Assembly (NCBI GenBank): GCA_963813815.1
Contig: CAWFAD010000016.1
Coordinates: 480,001-544,000, forward strand
Length of the DNA stretch: 64,000 nt
Source of the DNA: an uncultured bacterium
GTDB lineage: Bacteria; Krumholzibacteriota; Krumholzibacteriia; Krumholzibacteriales; Krumholzibacteriaceae
Direction of reading: 5' to 3'
Below, piece after piece: positions 1 to 8,407 of the stretch. Below the pieces are notes generated by a model. That model did no database searches and had not been told where the DNA came from. It was given only the letters and a program-made list of their open reading frames with translations. A program made the position numbers and the translations under genes. Numbering within the stretch: the stretch's first letter is position 1; each line of letters begins with the position of its first letter.

Positions 1-1978
1 GCGGATCGTTGAGGGCGGGACGCATCTCGGTGCGGAATCCGCGGCCGACGAGGCCGAGCGCGGAGATGGGGAGCACGCGCGCGCACGTACGGATGCACCG
101 CGAGCAGAGAATGCACTTGTTCGGATCGTAGACGATGTACGGATGCCGGTCGTCGACCTTGTGCTTGCGGACGAGCCCCTTGAAGCGGGACAGGTCGATG
201 CCGTGTTCCTCCGCGTAGATGCGGAGGAGGCAGGTGTCGAAGCGCAGACAGCCGCACGAGAGACAGCGGTCGCATTCGTGGACGTTGTCCTCGAACTCGA
301 AGCCCGTTGCGACTTCGGCGAAGCTGCCGCGGCGCGACTCGACGTCGATCTGGTGGATCTCGTGGCGGGGGCTTTCCTTGATATCGCCGAGCTCGGCCTT
401 GCCGGGCTTGCTCCAGAGCTCCTTTTTTACGATGAACGGGCGCGCCGCGGGGGCGTTCCCTGCGAGGAACGCGTCGACGGCCCGGGCGGCCCGCTGGCCG
501 TCCGCGATCGCGTCGATGACGACCGTCGGACCGTCGTCGGCGGCGTCGCCGCCGGCGAAGACGCCCTTTACGTTCGTCGAAAGCGTCTCGGGGTCGATGA
601 CGAAGGTGTTCCATTTCGTGAGGGCCACCGCGCCTCCGCGAGCCGCCGTGAGGCCCGCGAGCTCGGTCGCCTGTCCGATCGCCGACACGGCCATATGGCA
701 GGGAAGGTCGAACTCGGAGCCTTCGAGCGGGATCGGCCGCCTCCTTCCCGAGCTGTCGGGCTCGCCGAGCTTCATCCGCTGGCAGCGCAGCGCCTTGAGC
801 TTTCCCGACTCGTTCTTGACGATGCCGACGGGAGCGGCGAGCTCCATGATCTCGATCCCCTCGTGGAGGCAGTCCTCGATCTCCATCCTGTCGGCGGGCA
901 TCTCGTCCTTCGTTCTGCGGTAGAGAATGATGACCTTGTCCGCGCCGAGGCGCCACGAGGTGCGGGCCACGTCCATCGCGGTGTTGCCGCCGCCCACGAC
1001 GACGACGGTTCCCGAGAGGGGGGTCGGGCGGTCGGTCTGCTCGGGGAGAAACTCCGCGCCCTGAACGACGCCCTGCGTGTCGAACTCTCCTTCGACGCGC
1101 ATCGGATTGCCCGCCCACGCGCCCGGTCCGAGAAAGACCGCGTCGTGCGTTTTCATGAGCTCGTCGAGCGAGACGTTCTTCCCGACGCGGGTGTTGTATT
1201 TGATCTCGCCGCCGGCCCGGCAGATGTACTCCACCTCGCGGTCGAGCGCGTCGTCGGGAAGGCGATAGACGGGGATTCCGTAACGGAGCATGCCTCCCGA
1301 ACGCGGCATCGCCTCGTACATGAGGGGCTTGTGCCCCCGCCGCCCGAGGAACCACGCCGCGGTGAGCCCCGCCGGCCCGGCGCCGACGATCGCGACTCGT
1401 TTTCCCGTCGGCGGATCGCAGACGGGAGAGCCGTCGTACACGCCGGGCTGATCGGTCACGAAGCGTTTGATCGCGTTGATGCCGACCGCGGAGTCGACGT
1501 CGACGCGGCGGCAGACGACCTCGCATTTGCGGACGCACACGCGGCCGCAGATCGCCGGCAGCGGGTTCGTCTCGCGGATGAGATCGACGGCGCGGCGGTA
1601 GAGCCCCATCGCCGAGAGCGCTATGTACCCCTGCGCGTCGACGTGCGCGGGGCAACCCTCCATGCACGGCGAGACGCAATCGGCGTAATGATTCGATATG
1701 AGGAGCTCGAGGGCGGTGCGCCGCGAGCGCATGATGCGGTCGTTGCGCGTCGTCACCTCGATGCCCGGCGCGACCCGCGTCGCGCACGCCGGCACGAGGT
1801 TCGGGCGGCCCTTGATCTCGACCACGCAGAGGAAGCACGAGGCGTAGGGCTCGAGCTCGCTCGAATGGCAGAGCGTCGGGATGGCGTCGATCTCGCGCTC
1901 GCGAACGACCTCGAGGATCGTCTTGCCCGCCGCCGCCTCGACGTCCCGGCCGTTGATCTTCAGCTTCACGGTATCCAT
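1..1978 (-). CDS. NuoG/HydA-type Fe-S N-terminus fused to a GltD/NfnB-like FAD/NADPH oxidoreductase (NfnA/BfuA-like subunit); 3' end runs off the window
   Basis: Not in the ORF track; translated by hand from ATG at 1978. Begins MDTVKLKINGRDVEAAAGKTILE..IPTLCH..SCFLCVVE..LVPAC (2Fe-2S), then CVSPCMEGCPAHVD, VAIVGAGPAGL (FAD), VVGGGNTAMD..YRRT (NADPH), RCLSCGC and DPNKCILCSRCIRTC (4Fe-4S). Confidence 0.9.
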   Translation of the reverse strand, partial: MDTVKLKINGRDVEAAAGKTILEVVREREIDAIPTLCHSSELEPYASCFLCVVEIKGRPNLVPACATRVAPGIEVTTRNDRIMRSRRTALELLISNHYADCVSPCMEGCPAHVDAQGYIALSAMGLYRRAVDLIRETNPLPAICGRVCVRKCEVVCRRVDVDSAVGINAIKRFVTDQPGVYDGSPVCDPPTGKRVAIVGAGPAGLTAAWFLGRRGHKPLMYEAMPRSGGMLRYGIPVYRLPDDALDREVEYICRAGGEIKYNTRVGKNVSLDELMKTHDAVFLGPGAWAGNPMRVEGEFDTQGVVQGAEFLPEQTDRPTPLSGTVVVVGGGNTAMDVARTSWRLGADKVIILYRRTKDEMPADRMEIEDCLHEGIEIMELAAPVGIVKNESGKLKALRCQRMKLGEPDSSGRRRPIPLEGSEFDLPCHMAVSAIGQATELAGLTAARGGAVALTKWNTFVIDPETLSTNVKGVFAGGDAADDGPTVVIDAIADGQRAARAVDAFLAGNAPAARPFIVKKELWSKPGKAELGDIKESPRHEIHQIDVESRRGSFAEVATGFEFEDNVHECDRCLSCGCLRFDTCLLRIYAEEHGIDLSRFKGLVRKHKVDDRHPYIVYDPNKCILCSRCIRTCARVLPISALGLVGRGFRTEMRPALNDP

Positions 1979-1989
1979 CCGCTGTTCCC

Positions 1990-3768
1990 TCACTTTTTAT
2001 AGATAGCGCCGAAGCTGCAGCTCGTGATGCATTTGCCGCACTTGGCGCACACCGACGTGTCGATGACGTGCACCTTTTTCCGCTCGCCCGAGATCGCGTT
2101 CACGGGACAATGCTTCGCGCAGACCGTGCACCCCGTGCACGTTTCGGGATCGATGGCGAAATCGACGAGCGCGAGACAGCTGGCCGCCGGGCATCGTTTG
2201 TGCGCGATGTGGGCCTCGTACTCGTCCGCGAAGTACTTGATCGTCGTGAGCACCGGGTTCGGCGCGGTTTGGCCGAGGCCGCAGAGGCTCGACTCCTTGA
2301 TCCGGGCGCCGAGCTCGAGGAGTTTCGGCACGTCCTCCGGCCGCCCCTCGCCCTGCGTGATCCGCGTGAGGATCTCGAGCATGCGCAGCGTGCCGATGCG
2401 GCAGAAGGTGCACTTTCCGCACGATTCGTTCTGCGTGAAGTCGAGGAAGAATCGCGCCATCTCGACCATGCACGTCTGGTCGTCCATGACGACGAGGCCG
2501 CCCGAGCCCATGATGGCGCCCGTGGCCGGGATCGACTCGAAATCGACGGAGGTCGCGCCGAGCGACGCCGGTATGCAGCCGCCCGAGGGGCCGCCCATCT
2601 GCACTGCCTTGAACGTCCGGTCCTCCTTGATGCCGCCGCCGATCTTGAAGACGAGGTCGTTGATCGGGATCCCCATCGGCACCTCGGCGAGACCGCCGTT
2701 CTTGACCTTCCCCGCGAGCGCGAACACCTTGGTGCCGCGGCTCTTTTCCGTTCCGTATCGCGCGTAGGCGGCGGCGCCGTTCACGATGATCCAGGGGACG
2801 TTCGCGTAGGTCTCGACGTTGTTGTTGTTCGTCGGCTTGGCCCAGAGCCCCTTCTCGGCGGGGAACGGCGGGCGTATGCGCGGCATCCCGCGCTTGCCCT
2901 CGATCGACTGGAAGAGCGCCGTTTCCTCGCCGCAAACGAAGGCACCGGCCCCCTGCTTGATCTTGACGTCGAAGTCGAAGCCCGATCCGAGAATGTTCTT
3001 TCCGAGGTAGCCCTTCGCGCGCGCCGCCTCGAGCGCGATCGTGAGGCGCTTGATCGCCATCGGGTACTCGGCGCGGCAGTAGATGTAGCCGGCGCAGGCG
3101 CCGATCGCCCGGCCGCAGACGAGCATTCCCTCGATGACGGAGTGCGGGTCGCCCTCGAGCACGGAACGGTCCATGAAGGCGCCCGGATCCCCCTCGTCGG
3201 CGTTGCAGACGACGTACTTGACGTCGCTCTTCTGGGAAGCGGCGAACGACCACTTGAGCCCCGTCGGGAACCCCGCGCCGCCGCGTCCGCGGAGCCCCGA
3301 GTCCTTGATCTCCTTGATGATGGCGTCGGGCTGCATCTCGAAGAGCGCCTTCCGGAGCGCCCGGTAGCCTCCGGCGGACTCGTATTCGTCGATCGACTCG
3401 GGATCGATGAGGCCGCAGTTGCGGAGCACGATCCGCACCTGCCCGCGCTGCGCGGGGGCCTCGGATCCCCCGATCTCCGCGTTCGGGCTCATGCGGAGCG
3501 CCACGTGCTCTTCGATGACGCGCCCGCCCTTGATATGCTCGGCGAATATCTCGTCCACGAGCTCCGGGGTGACCGCGCCGTACACGACGCGGCTGCCGTT
3601 CTCCCGGATCTCGACGAGCGGCTCGCGGTAGCACATGCCGATGCAGCCGGAGCTCTTGAGCTCGAAAGCGCCCGGGTTCGCGGAGAGCAGCTCGCCGAGC
3701 CTGTCGTAGGTCTTCTGCGATCCGGCCGACAGGCCGCAGGTGCTCATTCCCACTATGACTTGTTTCAT
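1990..3768 (-). CDS. NuoF/HydB-like NAD(H)-binding flavoprotein subunit (BfuB-type)
   Basis: N-terminal thioredoxin-like 2Fe-2S domain, GRGGAGFPTG, CNADEGDPGAFMDRS, GEETAL, ESCGKCTFCRIG and a C-terminal 2x[4Fe-4S] domain. Confidence 0.95.
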   Translation of the reverse strand: MKQVIVGMSTCGLSAGSQKTYDRLGELLSANPGAFELKSSGCIGMCYREPLVEIRENGSRVVYGAVTPELVDEIFAEHIKGGRVIEEHVALRMSPNAEIGGSEAPAQRGQVRIVLRNCGLIDPESIDEYESAGGYRALRKALFEMQPDAIIKEIKDSGLRGRGGAGFPTGLKWSFAASQKSDVKYVVCNADEGDPGAFMDRSVLEGDPHSVIEGMLVCGRAIGACAGYIYCRAEYPMAIKRLTIALEAARAKGYLGKNILGSGFDFDVKIKQGAGAFVCGEETALFQSIEGKRGMPRIRPPFPAEKGLWAKPTNNNNVETYANVPWIIVNGAAAYARYGTEKSRGTKVFALAGKVKNGGLAEVPMGIPINDLVFKIGGGIKEDRTFKAVQMGGPSGGCIPASLGATSVDFESIPATGAIMGSGGLVVMDDQTCMVEMARFFLDFTQNESCGKCTFCRIGTLRMLEILTRITQGEGRPEDVPKLLELGARIKESSLCGLGQTAPNPVLTTIKYFADEYEAHIAHKRCPAASCLALVDFAIDPETCTGCTVCAKHCPVNAISGERKKVHVIDTSVCAKCGKCITSCSFGAIYKK

Positions 3769-3817
3769 CGATCGTCTCCGGAGTATGGGTGATGGATCTT
3801 TCCCCGCCGCGCGGGTT

Positions 3818-4333
3818 CTAGGCCTGGGCGCACGAGGCGTCCTTGCGGCGCGCCGTCTCCTCGCGTCTGCGGTAGTCGCGCAGCAGCTTGCGGGTCGACT
3901 GCGGCGTGAGCTTGCCGTGCGTGTCGTCGTTGATCATCATCACCGGAGCGAGCGAGCAGCAGCCGAGACAGGCGACGGTCTGGAGGGTGAAGAGGCCGTC
4001 CTCCGTCGTGCCGTTCACCTCGATGCCGAGCTCGTCCTCGATCGTGTCGATGATCGTTCGCGAGTTCTGCACGTGGCACGCCGTTCCGTCGCACGCCTTG
4101 ATGACGTATTTTCCCATCGGCTGGAGGCGGAACTGGCTGTAAAAGGTTATGACGCCGTACACCTCGGACTCCGGCACGCCGGTCACCTCCGAGATGTAGC
4201 TGATGGCGCGCCGCGGAATGTAGCCGAAGTGATCCTGCGCCGATTGCAGGAGCGGGATCAGCTCTCCGGGAGCTCCGTCGTAGCGCCACAGGCGATAGTT
4301 GAAATCCTCGTTTCGCGATGCCGTAGCGACCAC
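3818..4333 (-). CDS. NuoE/HydC-like 2Fe-2S subunit
   Basis: LIPLLQ..Q..FGY, VITFYSQF, CDGTACH and ACLGCCSLAP motifs. Confidence 0.93.
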   Translation of the reverse strand: MVATASRNEDFNYRLWRYDGAPGELIPLLQSAQDHFGYIPRRAISYISEVTGVPESEVYGVITFYSQFRLQPMGKYVIKACDGTACHVQNSRTIIDTIEDELGIEVNGTTEDGLFTLQTVACLGCCSLAPVMMINDDTHGKLTPQSTRKLLRDYRRREETARRKDASCAQA

Positions 4334-4382
4334 CCCCTGGTTTCGATCTGCGTTCTATCGTTCGAGGCGATTCGGGATGGAA

Positions 4383-5369
4383 TCAATCTTCGACGAGCTT
4401 GATCACGGTCGCTTCGCGCACGCGCAGCACGCCGTCGATCTGAGCGAGCTTTTCGACGATGCGCGGCATCTTGCCGACGGCGCCCTGCCCCGTCACCATG
4501 CCGACGAGCTTCGTGCCGTTCTCGATGACGTCGCAGAAGACGACCTCGTCGATGAAAAAGACGGTCGTGAAGATCTGCTGGATCGCGTTCTTGTCGATGT
4601 CGACGATGATGTAGCTCGTGGTTCCGGGCTGCTTGCTCGGCGAGGCGATCCCGTGGGCCTTGACCGCCTGCGAGTAGAGGCGGATGAACTCGTTTACGTC
4701 GCGGTCGAGCTTCGGGCGCTCGACGGCCGAGGACGAGGCGATCTGGACGCCGTCCATGGCGGCGATCCGATCCTTGAGCCTCGCGATCTCATCCGCCGAG
4801 CTGGCCTGGGCGAGGATGATGATGTCGAAATCGCCGCGGACCGCTTCGCACCGCTGCACGCCGGGGAGCTGGAAGAGCTGCTTGAAGATGTCCATGCTGC
4901 GCATCGGATCGGTGATGCGGACGGTGATGTACGTGCTCACCGATTCGCGCATCTCGGGCTCGGCCGCTGCGACCGCCTTCGGCGCCTTGGTCGAACCGGG
5001 GGAGAGCTCCTCGAGCGCCTTCACGAGGTCAAGGATCTCGAACGGCTTGTCGAGGTATCCGGTGTTGAGCTCGGAGAGAGCCGTGAGCTTGAGGGCCTCG
5101 TCGCCGAATCCGGTGATGACGAGCACGGGAAGATCGGGGTACTGCATCTTGATGACCTTGAGAATCTTGAGGCCGTCGATGTCGGGCATGAAAATGTCGG
5201 TCACGAGATAGTCGTAAGAGCCGCCCTTCGCGCGGGCGTCTTCGAGCTCGTGGATCGCGGAGATGCCGTCGGGGCAAGCCACCGCGCTGAAACCTTCCTG
5301 AGTGAGTCCGATCGTGAGATTCCGCCGGATTTCGGCCTCGTCGTCGATGATGAGTACGCGCCCTTTCAA
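4383..5369 (-). CDS. Response regulator: REC domain plus two Lrp/AsnC ligand-binding (RAM/ACT-like) domains
   Basis: REC motifs LIIDDE, TDIFMPD, VITG, LDKPF; C-terminal 'LPGVQRCEAVRGDFDIII' and 'LAQIDGV' resemble AsnC-type folds; no HTH seen. Confidence 0.8.
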   Translation of the reverse strand: MKGRVLIIDDEAEIRRNLTIGLTQEGFSAVACPDGISAIHELEDARAKGGSYDYLVTDIFMPDIDGLKILKVIKMQYPDLPVLVITGFGDEALKLTALSELNTGYLDKPFEILDLVKALEELSPGSTKAPKAVAAAEPEMRESVSTYITVRITDPMRSMDIFKQLFQLPGVQRCEAVRGDFDIIILAQASSADEIARLKDRIAAMDGVQIASSSAVERPKLDRDVNEFIRLYSQAVKAHGIASPSKQPGTTSYIIVDIDKNAIQQIFTTVFFIDEVVFCDVIENGTKLVGMVTGQGAVGKMPRIVEKLAQIDGVLRVREATVIKLVED

Positions 5370-5458
5370 CGGAGTCCTCCTGTTGGATTTTGAGAGGTTA
5401 CCTGATGGAAAACGCCTCTCCGGGGAGGCCGTTACAACCGATAGATGTTATGCGATTT

Positions 5459-5487
5459 AGGATAGTCGGTAAACCGTATTTTGTCAA
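5459..5487 (-). promoter_or_regulatory. sigma70-type promoter of the regulator/redox operon
   Basis: Minus strand reads TTGACA-17 nt-TATCCT, about 90 nt upstream of the 5369 start. Confidence 0.65.
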
Positions 5488-5559
5488 ATTATTTCGCCCA
5501 TTCTCATCTCGCCGGAGCCGCTCCCAATCGGCGATAAACTGAGCCTCATTCACGGGCGC

Positions 5560-5575
5560 TGGTTCGGGATTTGCA
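5560..5575 (+). promoter_or_regulatory. Possible sigma54 -24/-12 promoter
   Basis: TGGTTCGGGATTTGCA (GG-N10-GC) about 100 nt upstream of the nucleotide-sugar dehydrogenase. Confidence 0.4.
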
Positions 5576-5679
5576 TCCGGCTCTTTTTCGATGGACATGA
5601 GGCCGCGGAGGCCTTACCTTATCTCTTTGTTTCATCGAGGGTTCGCCGATTTCGGGAGAGCCGAAGGAGGATCCGCCGG

Positions 5680-6945
5680 ATGGGCAGCACGAAGATAGCG
5701 ATCATCGGACTCGGATACGTGGGGCTTCCGCTCGCGGTCGAGTTCGGCAAGCAGTACGACACCGTGGGGTTCGACGTCAACGCGCGAAGGGTCGCGGAAC
5801 TGAAACGCGGCGAGGATCGAACGCTCGAAACGAGCTCCGGCGACGTCAAGGCTGCGAAGCGCCTCCTCGTGACGACCGAGATCGAGGATATCCGCCCCTG
5901 CAACGTTTACATCGTCACCGTGCCGACCCCCATCGACGATCACAAACGCCCCGATCTCACCCCCGTCGAGCGCGCCACGGAAACGGTCGGAAAGGTGCTC
6001 AAGAAGGGGGACATCGTCGTCTACGAGTCGACCGTCTATCCGGGCTGCACGGAGGAGTTCTGCGTGCCGATTCTCGAGCGGCTCTCGGGGCTCGCTTTCA
6101 ACGGGGATTTTTTCTGCGGGTACTCTCCCGAGCGGATCAATCCCGGCGACAAGCAGCACACCGTGACGAAGATCAAGAAGATCACGAGCGGCTCGACGCC
6201 GGAGGTCGCCCGCAAGGTCGACGAGCTCTACCGCTCGATCATCACCGCCGGCACGCATCCGGCTTCCTCGATCAAGGTCGCCGAGGCCGCGAAGGTGATC
6301 GAAAACTCGCAGCGGGACATCAACATCGCCTTCGTGAACGAGCTCGCGCTCATCTTCGACCGCCTCGGCATCGACACGCTCGAGGTGCTCGAAGCGGCGG
6401 GCTCGAAGTGGAACTTTCTGCCTTTCCGGCCGGGCCTCGTCGGCGGCCACTGCATTGGAGTCGATCCGTATTACCTCACGCACAAGGCGCAGGAGATAGG
6501 GTACCACCCCGAGGTCATCCTCGCCGGGCGGCGCATCAACGACAACATGGGGATCTTCATCGCGGGCAAGATCGTCAAGCTCATGATCCACAAGGGGCAC
6601 CGGGTGCAGGGCGCCCGCGTGCTCATTCTCGGCGTCACCTTCAAGGAAAACTGTCCCGACATCCGCAACTCGCGCGTGGTCGACATCGTGCGCGAGCTCG
6701 CTGATTTCGGATGCAAGGTGGACGTGTACGATCCGTGGGCCGAGAGCGCGGAGGTCGCCGAGGAGTACGGGTTCCCGACCGTCGACCGGAGCGCGGTCTC
6801 CGCGGGAGGCTACGACGCGGTCGTCCTCGCCGTCGCCCACGAGAAGTTCCGCGAGCTCGATATCCTCTCCCTCAAGGGCGAACGGGGAGTCGTCTTCGAC
6901 GTGAAGGCCTTCCTCGACAAAAAAGTGGTGGACGGACGGCTCTGA
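5680..6945 (+). CDS. tviB: UDP-N-acetylhexosamine C6 dehydrogenase (TviB/WbpO/CapL family)
   Basis: IGLGYVGLP, YESTVYPG, YSPERINPG, GGHCIGVDPYYL and TFKENCPDIRNS motifs. Confidence 0.9.
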   Translation: MGSTKIAIIGLGYVGLPLAVEFGKQYDTVGFDVNARRVAELKRGEDRTLETSSGDVKAAKRLLVTTEIEDIRPCNVYIVTVPTPIDDHKRPDLTPVERATETVGKVLKKGDIVVYESTVYPGCTEEFCVPILERLSGLAFNGDFFCGYSPERINPGDKQHTVTKIKKITSGSTPEVARKVDELYRSIITAGTHPASSIKVAEAAKVIENSQRDINIAFVNELALIFDRLGIDTLEVLEAAGSKWNFLPFRPGLVGGHCIGVDPYYLTHKAQEIGYHPEVILAGRRINDNMGIFIAGKIVKLMIHKGHRVQGARVLILGVTFKENCPDIRNSRVVDIVRELADFGCKVDVYDPWAESAEVAEEYGFPTVDRSAVSAGGYDAVVLAVAHEKFRELDILSLKGERGVVFDVKAFLDKKVVDGRL

Positions 6946-7062
6946 GCGCCCTTCTCGAAAAAATCCCAGCGGCGGAGCGATTCCGCGCCTGCGACGCCCC
7001 CTCGCCCGGCCGCGGGACCGCATCCCATTCGGCGACCCTCCGCTAAAACTCGCAGTTAACCC

Positions 7063-7111
7063 TTGACACGGCTGTATATACCGTCTATACAGTGTATAGA
7101 CAATATGTACA
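7063..7111 (+). promoter_or_regulatory. Promoter overlapped by tandem palindromic operator sites
   Basis: TTGACA at 7063; two TGTA-N11-TACA units (7073-7091 and 7093-7111); perfect inverted repeat GTCTATACA-G-TGTATAGAC (7083-7101). Confidence 0.7.
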
Positions 7112-7515
7112 GTTGGAAGGATAAGATCCCGCATATCGCCCTTTCCAAGGCGAATCCGGACCCGATGTACAAGCAGGTCATGGATCAAATAAGGGACGCT
7201 ATTACAACGGGTTTGCTCGTGCCTGAGACGAGGCTACCCTCGATCAGGGAGCTGGCCGGGGAGCTCGGAACGAGCCCCATTACGGTGAGGCGGGCATACG
7301 GCGATCTCGAGTCGGCAGGGTTCATCGTCACTCGCGCGGGGCTCGGGTCGTATGTCGCTGGGCTCGATCGCGAAAGGCTCCGCGAGGCCAAGGCGAGGGA
7401 GATCCGGGACGAGCTCGACCGGATCGTCAGGACGGCGGAGGTCTTCGGCATTCCGCGGGAAGAGATACGGAGCATGATCAACGAGACGAAGGAGGGCATC
7501 GATGATTCAGTTTGA
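7105..7515 (+). CDS. GntR family (YtrA subfamily) transcriptional regulator
   Basis: PMYKQV..QI, LPSIRELA..LG.SP.TV.RAY..LE..G winged HTH with a short helical C-terminus; start codon uncertain. Confidence 0.88.
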   Translation: MYSWKDKIPHIALSKANPDPMYKQVMDQIRDAITTGLLVPETRLPSIRELAGELGTSPITVRRAYGDLESAGFIVTRAGLGSYVAGLDRERLREAKAREIRDELDRIVRTAEVFGIPREEIRSMINETKEGIDDSV

Positions 7516-8161
7516 CGATCGGAAAGAGCGCGAGCAGCGCGCGTCGCTCTGCGGCGCTGACGGACTCATCGACACGGGGATCGGCGTGGGGCTCGTTCTG
7601 CTCGGCTTCGCCACGATGCTCGGTCTCGGGGGGATCGCCGGCGTCTATCTCGCCATGCTCTTTCCCATCGTGAACGCCTCGAAGCGGATCGTCACGATGC
7701 CTCGGATGCACCACCTCGATTTCCATCCCGACCCGGAGACCGGGCGCCGGATCGGCCGCGTCAAGGCGGTGGCGTCGGTTTCGATGGGGATACTCATCGC
7801 GCTCGGCGTGCTCGCCCTTTTCACGACCCGGATGATTCCGATTCCGATCTCGAAGTGGCTTCGCGCGAACGCGATCATCGTCTTCGGCCTTCTTCTCGCG
7901 GCGCTCTTCGTGATCCTCGCCTGGGGCCTGGCGACGAAACGCTTTCGCGCCTACGCCGTCGTCACGACGGCGGCGCTCGTATTCGCCCACTGGTTCAGCT
8001 TGAGCCCGGCATGGTTCTTCATCCTGCTCGGCGCGGGAGTCGGCGGATGCGGCGCGGCCGTGCTCTCGCGATTCGTCCGGGACTACCCCCGGATGAACGG
8101 CCGCGATCATTTCGGGAATGCCAAACGCTACCGGTTCGCCTCAGGGAGGATCGAGGACTGA
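7502..8161 (+). CDS. Multi-pass membrane protein, hypothetical
   Basis: About 6-7 hydrophobic segments; overlaps the GntR stop; GGAGG RBS. Confidence 0.7.
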   Translation: MIQFDDRKEREQRASLCGADGLIDTGIGVGLVLLGFATMLGLGGIAGVYLAMLFPIVNASKRIVTMPRMHHLDFHPDPETGRRIGRVKAVASVSMGILIALGVLALFTTRMIPIPISKWLRANAIIVFGLLLAALFVILAWGLATKRFRAYAVVTTAALVFAHWFSLSPAWFFILLGAGVGGCGAAVLSRFVRDYPRMNGRDHFGNAKRYRFASGRIED

Positions 8162-8233
8162 AGCGTTTCGCGCCGTTGCAATCATGCGGGGCTTCGTGTA
8201 TGCTCCGTCCGTCATGAGTCGTGGGGAGACGGC

Positions 8234-8401
8234 ATGAGCATTCGTTCGCGCTTCGAGCTGCTTCGCGAGCTGTGGGCGTTTCTCAGGGAGCGCAAGAAGT
8301 GGTGGCTCATGCCCATCATCGTCCTGCTCGTGCTGCTCGGCGTCCTCATCATTCTCTCGGAGAGCTCCGCCATCGCGCCCTTCATCTACACGATCTTCTA
8401 A
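8234..8401 (+). CDS. Small membrane protein, DUF5989/SxtK-like (55 aa)
   Basis: Not in the ORF track. MSIRSRFELLRELWAFLRERKKWWLMPIIVLLVLLGVLIILSESSAIAPFIYTIF carries the RKKWWL.P...APFIYT.F signature; GGAG RBS. Confidence 0.8.
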   Translation: MSIRSRFELLRELWAFLRERKKWWLMPIIVLLVLLGVLIILSESSAIAPFIYTIF

Positions 8402-8407
8402 CCGGGG

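Noticed and set aside
143..2002. 619-aa plus-strand ORF
   Set aside because: Antisense shadow of the real minus-strand Fe-S/GltD gene; no motifs.
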